Shown here: positions 40,675-49,987 of the stretch, piece by piece
Position numbering within the stretch: the stretch's first letter is position 1
Layout of the letters: each line of letters begins with the position of its first letter
From: Patescibacteria group bacterium
GTDB lineage: Bacteria; Patescibacteriota; Minisyncoccia; Phycocordibacterales; UBA9973
Direction: 5' to 3'
Length of the DNA stretch: 64,000 bases
Assembly: GCA_038063515.1 (NCBI GenBank)
Contig: JBBTUY010000002.1
Location: 65,976-129,975 of the forward strand
The notes under the pieces: generated by a model
The model's database searches: none
The model's input: only the letters and a program-made list of their open reading frames with translations
Told to the model about the DNA's origin: nothing
Program-made: the position numbers and the translations under genes

Positions 40675-43446
40675 ATGGAACCAGCTTTTTTGCGTGAAAT
40701 TGAAAAATTTAAAACTCCAGAAGAAGAGTTAGAATATTTGCGTGCGCATGTTTTAAAACATGAAGCATATTTGAAAGAAGAGGGTTACGAAAATTCTCAC
40801 GAAGATGCAGCAAAAGAAATAGCTAGCATATACAAAGACGTGCCTCTTGAAAGAGTTGTACATAGAGATAATGCACTTTCTCATACTGATCAACAAAATA
40901 TAGTTCTTTCACTGAAGCCTGAAACCCATGATGCAATAATGGAGGAGCTTTTAGGTATTGTAATTACAAAAGGAGTAAAGAATGCAATGTCTGTGGTCAC
41001 ACTCATGAACAATCCCCACATAGATGATGATTTTCATCGTCTGATCATTCAGTACTTAAAGAAAGATCAGTCTTTAATGGATTTTAAAAATGATGCTCCT
41101 CTTTCAAAGTCTTTACATATGACTCTGTTTGAGATAACTCTACCTCCATCTGAGGATAAGGCTGATCAATCAAAAGGGTTTAAAGAATTCATCGGTGCCA
41201 TGGAGCAGTTTTATGCCGGCATGCATTCTATTTCCATAGGTAAAAACAATAGTGAAGAAAATTATTTTACTTTAGAAGTGGCACTCAGTACTGACAATGA
41301 TGAGGTTGTTATTTATGCCGGTATCCCCAACAAACACACGTCTCTATTTGAGAAGCAAGTCTTGGCTTTTTATCATAATGCAAAAATCCGCGAAGATGCA
41401 AATGATTATAATATTTTTAATGAAAAAGGTTTTTCCGTCGGAGCATATGCATCTTTTTCTGAGCGTTCTGTCTTACCTATAAAGACATACGACAAGATAG
41501 ATCATGATCCGATGAATACTATCTTAAATGTTTTCTCTAAATTGCAGAGTGTGGGAGAGGGGGCTGCTATTCAGCTTGTGGTTGCTCCTGCTGGAGATAA
41601 ATTTATTAATGAATTTCACATGATACTCGATGATATAAAAAGTGGAGTATCTGTAAAGCATGCCGCAGACAATTTCTATAAATTCAATCACGCTTTCATG
41701 AAGGCAGGTAAAGACCTGATTTTTGGACATAAGGTAAAAAGTGAGGATTTAAAGGATGAAAAATATATAAAAGGTAGAAGGGCTGTAGACGAAGGAGCTA
41801 TAGAAAAAGTGGGCAACAAGATTAAAAGTACTATCATGAAGGCAAACATCCGCGTGATAGCCTCTGGAGAAAACAAAGAACGTGCAGAAGCAATCTTGCA
41901 AGAAATAGAATCTTCTTTTCATCAGTTTTCTGAACCAGCGAGTAACTCTTTTCATTTCGAAAAATTGTATGGCAAAGATCTTTTAAAATTTTTCCACGAT
42001 TTTTCTTACCGAGCTTTCTCACCTGATAAAGTTTTACCGATGAATCTCATGGAGCTTTCTTCGGTATTTCATTTTCCTGTGGGTCTCTCAGGTCAGCCAC
42101 AGCTTAAGGAAGCAAAAGCTGGCATTGCTCCTGCACCTATTGAAATGGGAAATGTAGGTATTTCACTTGGTACAAATAGTTACCGAGGTAAGGATACAAG
42201 GATACACATGGCTCGAGAAGACAGAATGAGACATTTTTATGTTATAGGTCAGACTGGTACAGGTAAAACAAATATTTTGCTTAATATGATTACAGAAGAC
42301 ATACGAAATGGAGACGGGTGTTGTTATATAGATCCTCACGGTACAGACATACAGACGATACTTTCTCGTATACCAAAAGAGCGTATTGATGATGTGATAT
42401 ATTTTGATCCTGCGTATACTGCACGACCTATGGGTCTCAACATGCTTGAGTATGATCCAAAATATCCTGAGCAAAAGACTTTTGTTGTAAATGAATTGAT
42501 GGGAATTTTTAACAAACTTTTTGACATGAAGGTGGGTGGAGGAGCTATGTTTGAGCAGTATTTTAGAAACAGTGCATTCCTCGTGATGGAGGATCCTGAG
42601 TCTGGTTCTACGCTCCTTGAGATCACACGTGTGCTTGCAGACAAAGAATTTCGAGATCTCAAACTCGCTCGCTGTAAGAATCCAATAATAAAGCAATTCT
42701 GGGTCTCGGCGGAGCAGACCACAGGCGACCAATCACTCGCAAATTTCGTGCCATATATTTCCTCAAAGTTCGACAATTTTATAAGTAACGACATCATGCG
42801 TCCAGTGGTCTTACAGCAAAATTCCGTATTTAATTTCAGAAAAATAATGGATGAGAAGAAAATTCTTTTGGTAAATCTTTCAAAGGGTAGGCTTGGAGAT
42901 ATCAATGCAAACCTCATTGGTCTCGTGCTTGTGGGTAAAATCCAAATGGCTGCACTCTCTCGGGTGGACATGTTTGGAAAACCTATGAATGATTTCTATC
43001 TATACATTGATGAGTTTCAGAATGTTACCACAGACTCGATAGCTTCTATTTTATCTGAAGCTCGTAAATACAGGCTCTCACTTAACATTGCTCATCAATA
43101 CATCAGTCAGCTTGAAGAAAATATTAAAAATGCAGTGTTTGGTAACGTAGGCTCTATGGCAGTGTTTCGTGTTGGTACTGAAGATGCAAATTTTCTTGAG
43201 CCTAAGTTTAAGCCGACATTTTCTGCACACGATATTACCAAGCTCGACAATTACAATGCCTACATGAGCATGCTTGTAAAGGGTCAGCCGACAAAACCTT
43301 TTAATATTAAAACTGATGCACCCGAAGTAGGTAATCCGGATATTGTAGATAGCTTAAAAGAGCTTTCATATGTAAAGTATGGTCGTGATAGAGCTGAAGT
43401 CGAACAAGAGATCATGGATAGGTATAAAACTTTGGAGGGTATTTAA
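40675..43446 (+). CDS. VirB4/TraG/HerA-like (DUF87-type) ATPase with long N-terminal region
   Basis: Walker A GQTGTGKT, IDPHG, Walker B YIDEFQN, SEARKY, AHQY; ATG 7 nt after TATAAT. Confidence 0.85.
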   Translation: MEPAFLREIEKFKTPEEELEYLRAHVLKHEAYLKEEGYENSHEDAAKEIASIYKDVPLERVVHRDNALSHTDQQNIVLSLKPETHDAIMEELLGIVITKGVKNAMSVVTLMNNPHIDDDFHRLIIQYLKKDQSLMDFKNDAPLSKSLHMTLFEITLPPSEDKADQSKGFKEFIGAMEQFYAGMHSISIGKNNSEENYFTLEVALSTDNDEVVIYAGIPNKHTSLFEKQVLAFYHNAKIREDANDYNIFNEKGFSVGAYASFSERSVLPIKTYDKIDHDPMNTILNVFSKLQSVGEGAAIQLVVAPAGDKFINEFHMILDDIKSGVSVKHAADNFYKFNHAFMKAGKDLIFGHKVKSEDLKDEKYIKGRRAVDEGAIEKVGNKIKSTIMKANIRVIASGENKERAEAILQEIESSFHQFSEPASNSFHFEKLYGKDLLKFFHDFSYRAFSPDKVLPMNLMELSSVFHFPVGLSGQPQLKEAKAGIAPAPIEMGNVGISLGTNSYRGKDTRIHMAREDRMRHFYVIGQTGTGKTNILLNMITEDIRNGDGCCYIDPHGTDIQTILSRIPKERIDDVIYFDPAYTARPMGLNMLEYDPKYPEQKTFVVNELMGIFNKLFDMKVGGGAMFEQYFRNSAFLVMEDPESGSTLLEITRVLADKEFRDLKLARCKNPIIKQFWVSAEQTTGDQSLANFVPYISSKFDNFISNDIMRPVVLQQNSVFNFRKIMDEKKILLVNLSKGRLGDINANLIGLVLVGKIQMAALSRVDMFGKPMNDFYLYIDEFQNVTTDSIASILSEARKYRLSLNIAHQYISQLEENIKNAVFGNVGSMAVFRVGTEDANFLEPKFKPTFSAHDITKLDNYNAYMSMLVKGQPTKPFNIKTDAPEVGNPDIVDSLKELSYVKYGRDRAEVEQEIMDRYKTLEGI

Positions 43447-43468
43447 AAATGAAATTTATAAAAATAAT

Positions 43469-43981
43469 ATGCCTGCTCAAAAAATTTCAATTGAAAAAGC
43501 AAAGAAAAATAAGTTATTTTACTTTGTGGCAAATGTGGTTGTCTACAGAGATTCTGATAAACGCTGTTTGATCTTAAAAAGAAGCGATACTGAAATAGTT
43601 CATCCGGGTCGTTATGGTGTAGTGGGCGGTAAGCTCGAATGGGAAGATATGGATGTAGAAAAACCATCAAATATAAATGGGGATGTTTTAGATTTTAATG
43701 ATGCAGTAGAGACGCTTTTAGTGAGAGAGACGATGGAAGAAGCAGGCTTAGAAATACATTCAGAACTTAAGTATATTAATAGTAAAACCTTTATTCGTCC
43801 TGATGAGGTTCCAGTTGTATTAGTAAAATTTACTGCAAAGTACAAGAGTGGAGAAGTTAGCTTAGAAGAAAATGCCTTTTCTGAGTATGCGTGGGTTAAT
43901 GGAGAGGAAGTATCTAAATACGAATGTATAGATGGTATACAAGAAGAAGTGACTCAGTCTATCTCTCTGTGGAATAGTTAA
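43469..43981 (+). CDS. NUDIX hydrolase
   Basis: GGKLE...RETMEEAGL Nudix box with an insertion. Confidence 0.85.
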   Translation: MPAQKISIEKAKKNKLFYFVANVVVYRDSDKRCLILKRSDTEIVHPGRYGVVGGKLEWEDMDVEKPSNINGDVLDFNDAVETLLVRETMEEAGLEIHSELKYINSKTFIRPDEVPVVLVKFTAKYKSGEVSLEENAFSEYAWVNGEEVSKYECIDGIQEEVTQSISLWNS

Positions 43982-44086
43982 ATCCATAGCCCACACTATT
44001 TTACTCAGTAATGTTTGTAAAGTTTTGATTTTTTAGTTAAATCTGGTAATATAGTACTATTATAATTTGTTTTAATTAGTAAATAC

Positions 44087-44671
44087 ATGAAACACCCAAA
44101 AGAAGAAGTTACATACGTGATGCTTAAGCCAGACGGAGTCCGTAAAGGTTTAATCGGTGAAGTTATTAGACGACTTGAGCAGCGTGATTTAAAAATCATA
44201 GCGTTAGAAATGTTCCAGCCTACACATGAACAAATTCATGACCACTACCCAAAAGATGATGCATGGGTTACTCGTCTTGGAGAAAAAACCAAAGGCACAT
44301 ATGAAAAGTATGGTTACGATATGATTGCTGACTTTGGTACTGATGATACTGCAAAAATTGGTCCAGAGATTCGAAAGTGGCTTGTAGACTACATGAAATC
44401 TGCACCGCTTGTGAAAATGATAGTGAAAGGTACACACGCCGTAGACGTAGTTCGTAAGCTTGCAGGTGATACACTTCCATACAAGTCAGCAGTGGGTACT
44501 ATCCGTGGGGATTTTTCTATAGATTCTCCAGCTCTCGCTAATAAAGAAAAGCGTGCAGTTATGAATATTATGCACTGTTCAGAAACTCCAGAAGAAGCAG
44601 AACATGAGATTAAGCATTGGTTTGGTAATACAAAATCATATGACTATAAGCGTTTTGGGGTAGATGAGTAA
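44087..44671 (+). CDS. ndk: Nucleoside diphosphate kinase
   Basis: MLKPDGV, GTIRGDF, NIMHCSE. Confidence 0.93.
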   Translation: MKHPKEEVTYVMLKPDGVRKGLIGEVIRRLEQRDLKIIALEMFQPTHEQIHDHYPKDDAWVTRLGEKTKGTYEKYGYDMIADFGTDDTAKIGPEIRKWLVDYMKSAPLVKMIVKGTHAVDVVRKLAGDTLPYKSAVGTIRGDFSIDSPALANKEKRAVMNIMHCSETPEEAEHEIKHWFGNTKSYDYKRFGVDE

Positions 44672-44691
44672 TTTAATCTTAGTTAACTATT

Positions 44692-44916
44692 ATGGAAGAA
44701 CTTGATCCAAGATTCAAACCCGAGGCTGTTTTAGCAGAAATGACTAAAAGACTACCTGAACACATTGCCTATGTGAAGAAATTATTAAATAGTAGATACG
44801 TTTTCATCATAAAAAATGAGGTATCAAGTATTGGTTTTAAAACAATTCTTAAGAATAATGCAAATAGAAAGATCATATATCACTCTCGACCATTTACTGA
44901 TTTAGAATTAGAATAA
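44692..44916 (+). CDS. Hypothetical protein
   Basis: 74-aa ORF co-oriented with ndk; no recognised motif. Confidence 0.5.
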   Translation: MEELDPRFKPEAVLAEMTKRLPEHIAYVKKLLNSRYVFIIKNEVSSIGFKTILKNNANRKIIYHSRPFTDLELE

Positions 44917-45004
44917 TTTTACACATTAAACTTGTTTTTGTTTCAAGTTTGTGTTTTTCTTGTAAAATCTATTGCAAGAATTTTTTATAGGAGTATAGTT
45001 TAAG

Positions 45005-45130
45005 TAGGGTTATTTCCAATTATTACCTAGACAACAATTTATGGGAGTTTCGATCGAGTGTAGCTTTGGTTGCACACGTCTAACACCCACTTGGCTTCAC
45101 AGCTATGGTAATATATTCGAAATAGTCCTA
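45005..45130 (+). ncRNA. Rod-shaped RNA with central bubble; short 6S RNA candidate
   Basis: Promoter TTGCAA-16-TATAGT; 12-bp end-to-end stem; central loop; apical stem; downstream terminator 45138-45168. Confidence 0.55.
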
Positions 45131-45202
45131 ATAAGTAATCCACCATTTTTGTAAGGTGGATTTTTTATTGTATATAAGGTTTATTCACGGTATAATGAGC
45201 AT

Positions 45203-45613
45203 ATGCATACCTTATTGAATGGAAAAATTCTTTTCAAAAACATTGTATTTTTCATTTTATCTATTCTAGTACTGAACTTTATTGCAAACAAGCTCCACTT
45301 GTATTTCTCTATCTGGTATTTTGATATGATAATGCACTTTTTGGGAGGGTTTTGGCTCGGTCTTTTATTTATTTACTTATTCAAGCCGAGTTTTATATCA
45401 AGCAGACTCGTTTTAGATTTATTAGCTTTTGTTTTTGTTGTAGGTATAGGCTGGGAAGTTTATGAAATACTGGTAAATGAATTTTTAGCACAAAGCAGCT
45501 TTAATACAACAGACACTATTTCAGATATTTTCTTTGATCTCTCTGGGGGATCTGCTGCTATTTTATACAGTATTATATTTATTACTAAAGATAAGTTACA
45601 ATTAAAAAATTAA
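45203..45613 (+). CDS. Membrane protein (VanZ/DUF2238-like D..MH, WE..E, DT..D pattern)
   Basis: FDMIMHFLGG, GWEVYE, DTISD; 4 TM segments. Confidence 0.7.
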   Translation: MHTLLNGKILFKNIVFFILSILVLNFIANKLHLYFSIWYFDMIMHFLGGFWLGLLFIYLFKPSFISSRLVLDLLAFVFVVGIGWEVYEILVNEFLAQSSFNTTDTISDIFFDLSGGSAAILYSIIFITKDKLQLKN

Positions 45614-45625
45614 ATTAAAAAAGAT

Positions 45626-47005
45626 ATGGAAGAACAGAATGAAAAGAAAAATGCAAAAATAACCTTTTATGGTGGTACAGGCTCTGTAACAGGAGCTAAT
45701 TTTTTACTTGAAGTTGATGGTAAAAAGATACTTGTTGATTGTGGCCTCATTCAAGGCATGCGTCTCGCTGACGACATAAACTGGGATCCATTTCCATATG
45801 ATGTGAAAGACATAGATTTTCTTTTTATTACTCATTCACACATAGATCATGTTGGACGTATACCAAAGCTTATCAGTGAAGGTTTTAAAGGTAAAATATA
45901 TTCAACGAAGCCTACAAAAGCTCTCTCTGTATTTATGCTCGAAGACACAGCAGGCATACTATCTAAAAATACAGAACAAAATTTAGACAAAATATATTCA
46001 CCAGAAAATTTACAAACCTCTTTTTCCTTATGGGAAGGATTAGACTACCATGAAAAATTACAAATAACACCTACACTCGAAGTGTCACTCTTTAATGCTG
46101 GGCATATACTTGGCTCGGCTATGGTTTTGTTTGTGTACAATGGTAAAAGAATTTTATTTACTGGAGACTTAGGCAATTCTCCTTCACCCATACTTCCTGA
46201 CACAGAGCATGTCCCTGATGTGGATTATATGGTTATGGAGTCTGTGTACGGAGATAGGAATCATGAGTCAAGAGATGAAAGAAGAAAGTTCCTCGAAGAG
46301 ACAATAGAAGATAATTACAAAAGAAAGGGTACTCTCATCATTCCTACTTTTTCTCTCGAGCGTTCACAGGAGCTACTTTTTGAATTAAATGCACTCGTAG
46401 AAAACAAGAGAATTCCTGTAATGCCTATCTTCCTAGACTCTCCTTTGGCTATCCGTTTGACGGAAGTTTTCAAACAATTCAAAGACTACCTCAATGAAAA
46501 TGCACAAAAGGCTATGAATAATGATAAATATCTTTTTGATTTTCCAGGGCTTCATAATACCTTAAAATCTGACGAATCAAAAATGATAGGGCAAGTTCCA
46601 GATCCTAAGATAGTGATAGCGGGTAGTGGAATGTCGACAGGTGGACGCATAGTGCATCACGAGAGGCACTATTTGCCAGGTGCGAACAATACTTTGCTTT
46701 TGACTGGATATCAAGTGGTGGGTACTCCTGGGCGCTTAATACAAGAAGGTGTAAAGACTGTACGCATCACAGGAGAAGACGTGGTAGTCAGAGCTCACGT
46801 AGTGACAATTTTAGGATACTCAGGTCACAAGGATTCTGATGGTTTACTAAATTTTGTTTCTGATATGCAAGAAAGTCTTAAAAAAGTTTTTGTAGTTATG
46901 GGTGAGCCAAAGTCGTCTATGTTTTTAGTACAAAAGCTCCGTGACAACTTAGCCATTGATGCAATTTCACCAGAGTATGAGGATAGTGTTACTTTGGAAT
47001 GTTAA
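45626..47005 (+). CDS. MBL-fold beta-CASP ribonuclease-family hydrolase
   Basis: THSHIDHVG, AGHILGS, MESVYG, SGM..GGR, YSGHKD. Confidence 0.92.
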   Translation: MEEQNEKKNAKITFYGGTGSVTGANFLLEVDGKKILVDCGLIQGMRLADDINWDPFPYDVKDIDFLFITHSHIDHVGRIPKLISEGFKGKIYSTKPTKALSVFMLEDTAGILSKNTEQNLDKIYSPENLQTSFSLWEGLDYHEKLQITPTLEVSLFNAGHILGSAMVLFVYNGKRILFTGDLGNSPSPILPDTEHVPDVDYMVMESVYGDRNHESRDERRKFLEETIEDNYKRKGTLIIPTFSLERSQELLFELNALVENKRIPVMPIFLDSPLAIRLTEVFKQFKDYLNENAQKAMNNDKYLFDFPGLHNTLKSDESKMIGQVPDPKIVIAGSGMSTGGRIVHHERHYLPGANNTLLLTGYQVVGTPGRLIQEGVKTVRITGEDVVVRAHVVTILGYSGHKDSDGLLNFVSDMQESLKKVFVVMGEPKSSMFLVQKLRDNLAIDAISPEYEDSVTLEC

Positions 47006-47070
47006 AAGGTGCTCGTACAAAAAGTTTATAAAAATTATATTCCTTGAATTTTCATGCTATAATATTTCTT

Positions 47071-47670
47071 ATGGATTCTCAATTTAATTTTCCTAGCAAA
47101 CATGGTCACAATCAAATAAAAATATGCGTATCAGGTGCAGCAGAGACAGGACACTGTGGTATTGACGCACTCGACAAAGCAAAAGAGCTCGGACGTGAAA
47201 TAGCACGTCAGGGGGCAGTACTCGTCACCGGTGCTACGACAGGCTTTCCTCTATGGGTAGCTATGGGTGTGAAAGAAGCTGGTGGGGTTTCTATAGGATT
47301 TTCCCCCGCTTCTTCTGAGAAAGAGCATATACAAGTATACAAACTTCCACTTGATTACATGGATTTAATAGTTTACACAGGCTTTGGATATCCGGGAAGA
47401 GATCTACTTCTGACTCGTAGCTCTGATGCTGTGATTTGTGGCTGTGGGCGTATCGGTACTATTCATGAGTTTACTGTTGCATTTGAGGATGCGAAGCCTA
47501 TTGGTATTTTTGAAGGTCCATGGGATATGGATGATGAGTTGAAAGATATTTTAGAAAAAGGTCATCGCCCATATACAAAGATAGTGACGGGTGATGATCC
47601 AAAGAAAATGGTCGAAGGTATCATAGACCTAGTGAAGAAAGATAAGATTGCTGAATATAAAATAGTCTAA
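47071..47670 (+). CDS. LOG/SLOG family protein
   Basis: ELGREIA, VTGATTG, G.IGTIHE; ATG 7 nt after TGcTATAAT. Confidence 0.8.
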   Translation: MDSQFNFPSKHGHNQIKICVSGAAETGHCGIDALDKAKELGREIARQGAVLVTGATTGFPLWVAMGVKEAGGVSIGFSPASSEKEHIQVYKLPLDYMDLIVYTGFGYPGRDLLLTRSSDAVICGCGRIGTIHEFTVAFEDAKPIGIFEGPWDMDDELKDILEKGHRPYTKIVTGDDPKKMVEGIIDLVKKDKIAEYKIV

Positions 47671-47703
47671 AAAACAAAACCCCTCAATGAGGGGTTTTGT
47701 TTT
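47671..47703. terminator. Bidirectional terminator
   Basis: aaaacaaaacccctca/tgaggggttttgtttt between convergent genes. Confidence 0.85.
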
Positions 47704-48046
47704 ATTTAACAGCTTCTAGTATCTTGGCAAATGTTTTCTCGTTGTGTTCTGCGAGGTCAGCTAGGATCTTTCTGTCTAATGCTATGTTTTTCTTTTTAAG
47801 TTCTCCGATAAGCTTTGAATAAGACATACCGAGCTCTCTTGCACCTGCGTTTATCTTTATGTTCCAGAGCTTTCTATTGTGTGATTTCTTGTCTTTTCTG
47901 TGAGCGAAAGAATAGTTACCAGCATGTAGTAATGCATCTTTTGCCTGACGCTCTTTTGTACTACGACCATGACGCATACCTTTAGTCTGTTTTAATACAC
48001 TTCTTCGTCTTTTTAATGCATGTACTCCCTTTTTTACTCTAGTCAT
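47702..48046 (-). CDS. rplT: 50S ribosomal protein L20
   Basis: MTRVKKG, R.LW...INA, LDRKILADLA. Confidence 0.97.
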   Translation of the reverse strand: MTRVKKGVHALKRRRSVLKQTKGMRHGRSTKERQAKDALLHAGNYSFAHRKDKKSHNRKLWNIKINAGARELGMSYSKLIGELKKKNIALDRKILADLAEHNEKTFAKILEAVK

Positions 48047-48086
48047 TGTTTTAAAATTATATTAATTAAGTATTAAGTCGAACGTT

Positions 48087-48281
48087 TTATGAGAAAGGTA
48101 ATAGGTGAGACTTTGGTTTGTTTTTAATAACAAAATTCTGACCCTTACGTCCACCAAGCTGTGTTGTTCGAGACTGTTTTGCATTGAAATGGTTAAAACC
48201 CGGCTTCCTAGAAATAATCTTACCATTCTTTGTAAGTTTCAACCTTTTACTATAAGATTTGTTTGTTTTCATTCCCTTCAT
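48087..48281 (-). CDS. rpmI: 50S ribosomal protein L35
   Basis: MKTNKS..KR.K.T..GK; lies between infC and rplT. Confidence 0.92.
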   Translation of the reverse strand: MKGMKTNKSYSKRLKLTKNGKIISRKPGFNHFNAKQSRTTQLGGRKGQNFVIKNKPKSHLLPFS

Positions 48282-48285
48282 ATAT

Positions 48286-48792
48286 TTATTTTGCTTTTTC
48301 TATTGTTGTGGTTAAACCTTTGGGACCTTTTTTATATGCATCTGATATTTTATAATTTTCAGTGATTAGGTGTAGTACTCTGTCTAGTCTCTCTCGTAGA
48401 AACTTTTCATCCATGTACTTCGCACGTCCTGCGAGGAATAGCTCTACTTTTACTCTATGACCTTCCTTTAGCCATTTAGAAGCAGTTTTTGCTTTGAGCT
48501 CTAAGTCATGGTCTCCAGTACCTATTTTTATCTGTATTCCTTTTGTTTCAGTAGGCTTGGCACCATCTTTTGCTTTCTTTAATTTTTTACTTGTCTCATA
48601 TTTATACTTACCAAAATCCATTATCTTTGCAAGTGGGGGATTAGCATTTGGTGCTATTTCAATAAGGTCTAAACCCTTATTTTGTGCTAATTCCAATGCA
48701 TCTCTTATGCTCAAAACTCCGAGATTTTTGTTTTCTTGATCTAAGACCCTGAGTTCAGATGCACGTATTTGGTTGTTTATTCTTTCACGCAA
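48286..48792 (-). CDS. infC: Translation initiation factor IF-3 (non-ATG start, TTG at 48792 or ATA at 48780)
   Basis: RINNQIR, LDLIE, IMDFGKYKY, HDLE.K; no in-frame ATG upstream of the conserved N-terminus. Confidence 0.95.
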   Translation of the reverse strand: MRERINNQIRASELRVLDQENKNLGVLSIRDALELAQNKGLDLIEIAPNANPPLAKIMDFGKYKYETSKKLKKAKDGAKPTETKGIQIKIGTGDHDLELKAKTASKWLKEGHRVKVELFLAGRAKYMDEKFLRERLDRVLHLITENYKISDAYKKGPKGLTTTIEKAK

Positions 48793-48902
48793 TGTGTATA
48801 AATATATACTAAGCAAACATTTGACTAATAGAATATAGCTTATTCTAGCTTAAAAGTCAAACCTTTCTGCCTTTTAATTCATAATTCTGCTAAGATATAG
48901 TT

Positions 48903-49349
48903 ATGGCAAATTATGCACAGAGTAGAAAGGCTCGTTTTGACTACGAGATACTAGATAAATATGAAGCAGGCATAGAGCTTTTAGGGAGTGAGGTAAAGTC
49001 TGTGCGTGGAGGACGCATGTCACTAGACGGTGCGTTTATCATTGTCCGTGGAGGAGAAGCCTTTCTAATTAATGCAAATGTGCCCCCGTATCAAGTAAAT
49101 AATACTAAAGAAGATTATGATCCTCTTCGAAACAAGAAACTCCTTTTAACAAAAAAAGAATTAGGAGAACTTGCAGGAAGTGAGAAGAATAAAAGTTTGA
49201 CAATAGTGCCTCTTTCAGTGTATAATAAAGGTAGGAAAATCAAATTAGAAATTGCACTCGCAAAAGGAAAAAAGAAATTTGATAAAAGAGAGAGTATAAA
49301 GAAACGCGAGACAAATAGAAACATAGATAGGGAATACAAAGTACGTTGA
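48903..49349 (+). CDS. smpB: SsrA-binding protein
   Basis: KARFDY, EAGIEL.GSEVKSVR, GKKKFDKR. Confidence 0.97.
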   Translation: MANYAQSRKARFDYEILDKYEAGIELLGSEVKSVRGGRMSLDGAFIIVRGGEAFLINANVPPYQVNNTKEDYDPLRNKKLLLTKKELGELAGSEKNKSLTIVPLSVYNKGRKIKLEIALAKGKKKFDKRESIKKRETNRNIDREYKVR

Positions 49350-49380
49350 AAATAAAAAATTAGAAAATATAAATTTTGGA

Positions 49381-49443
49381 GGGGTCTCTCGGCTGTCGAG
49401 CCGAGAGTTTCAGAAATTTTTAAGCTTCAAAAATTTTGTACCG
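49381..49443. repeat. 63-bp REP-like element, copy 2 (inverted)
   Basis: Reverse complement of 40569-40631 with a few substitutions. Confidence 0.8.
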
Positions 49444-49481
49444 GAAAAATTTGATATTTTTTAATTTTTTTTAATAAATAT

Positions 49482-49880
49482 GGGACTGCAAGGCCTAGAC
49501 AATAGACCTTTTGTCATTGATGCATATCGAGTATGAACATAATCTCGTAAAACTTTGTTTACATGTTAATTGCAAAATTGACTGCTAAGGCAAAGGGGAT
49601 AGTCTCTCCATTCTTCGGAATGAATGACTTCGCTTTTGCTCGAGTTTCCGCTTTAGCGTAAGCTCGTGTCTACTCATATAGACTTCCGATATATACGAGT
49701 AGGCATAATATTATCGGGATAAGGAAATTTTTGCTCAAATCTTTCACTAAAATTTAGAGCTCGATTAGGAAATATTTTGTTCATTTAAGAATTTTCTAAT
49801 TTAAAACAAAAAAATGCGCTACATATGTAGACTTCTTTACAAAAATTTATTGCACGGGGATTCGATTTCCCCCAGTTCCA
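49482..49880 (+). ncRNA. ssrA: tmRNA; tag ORF 49572-49661
   Basis: Acceptor GGGACTG/CAGTTCC-A with G3-U; T-arm gggga-TTCGATT-tcccc; tag AKLTAKAKGIVSPFFGMNDFAFARVSALA*; adjacent to smpB. Confidence 0.9.
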
Positions 49881-49881
49881 C

Positions 49882-49924
49882 AATACAAAAAATACTACCA
49901 TTTTAGGTAGTATTTTTTGTATTT
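49882..49924 (+). terminator. Terminator after tmRNA
   Basis: aatacaaaaaatactacc/ggtagtattttttgtatt. Confidence 0.7.
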
Positions 49925-49987
49925 CTAATATTCTAGGAGAAGAATTAAATAATTTTACTTTCTATATTTTTATGCTATAATTCTTCG

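Noticed and set aside
40675-43446. Conjugative element or prophage
   Set aside because: No integrase, relaxase, att sites or phage structural genes around the ATPase or the tRNA/tmRNA genes
45041-45154. 37-codon ORF MGVSIECSFGC... inside the rod RNA
   Set aside because: No RBS, start is within the paired region and it ends inside the terminator; the structure explains the sequence better
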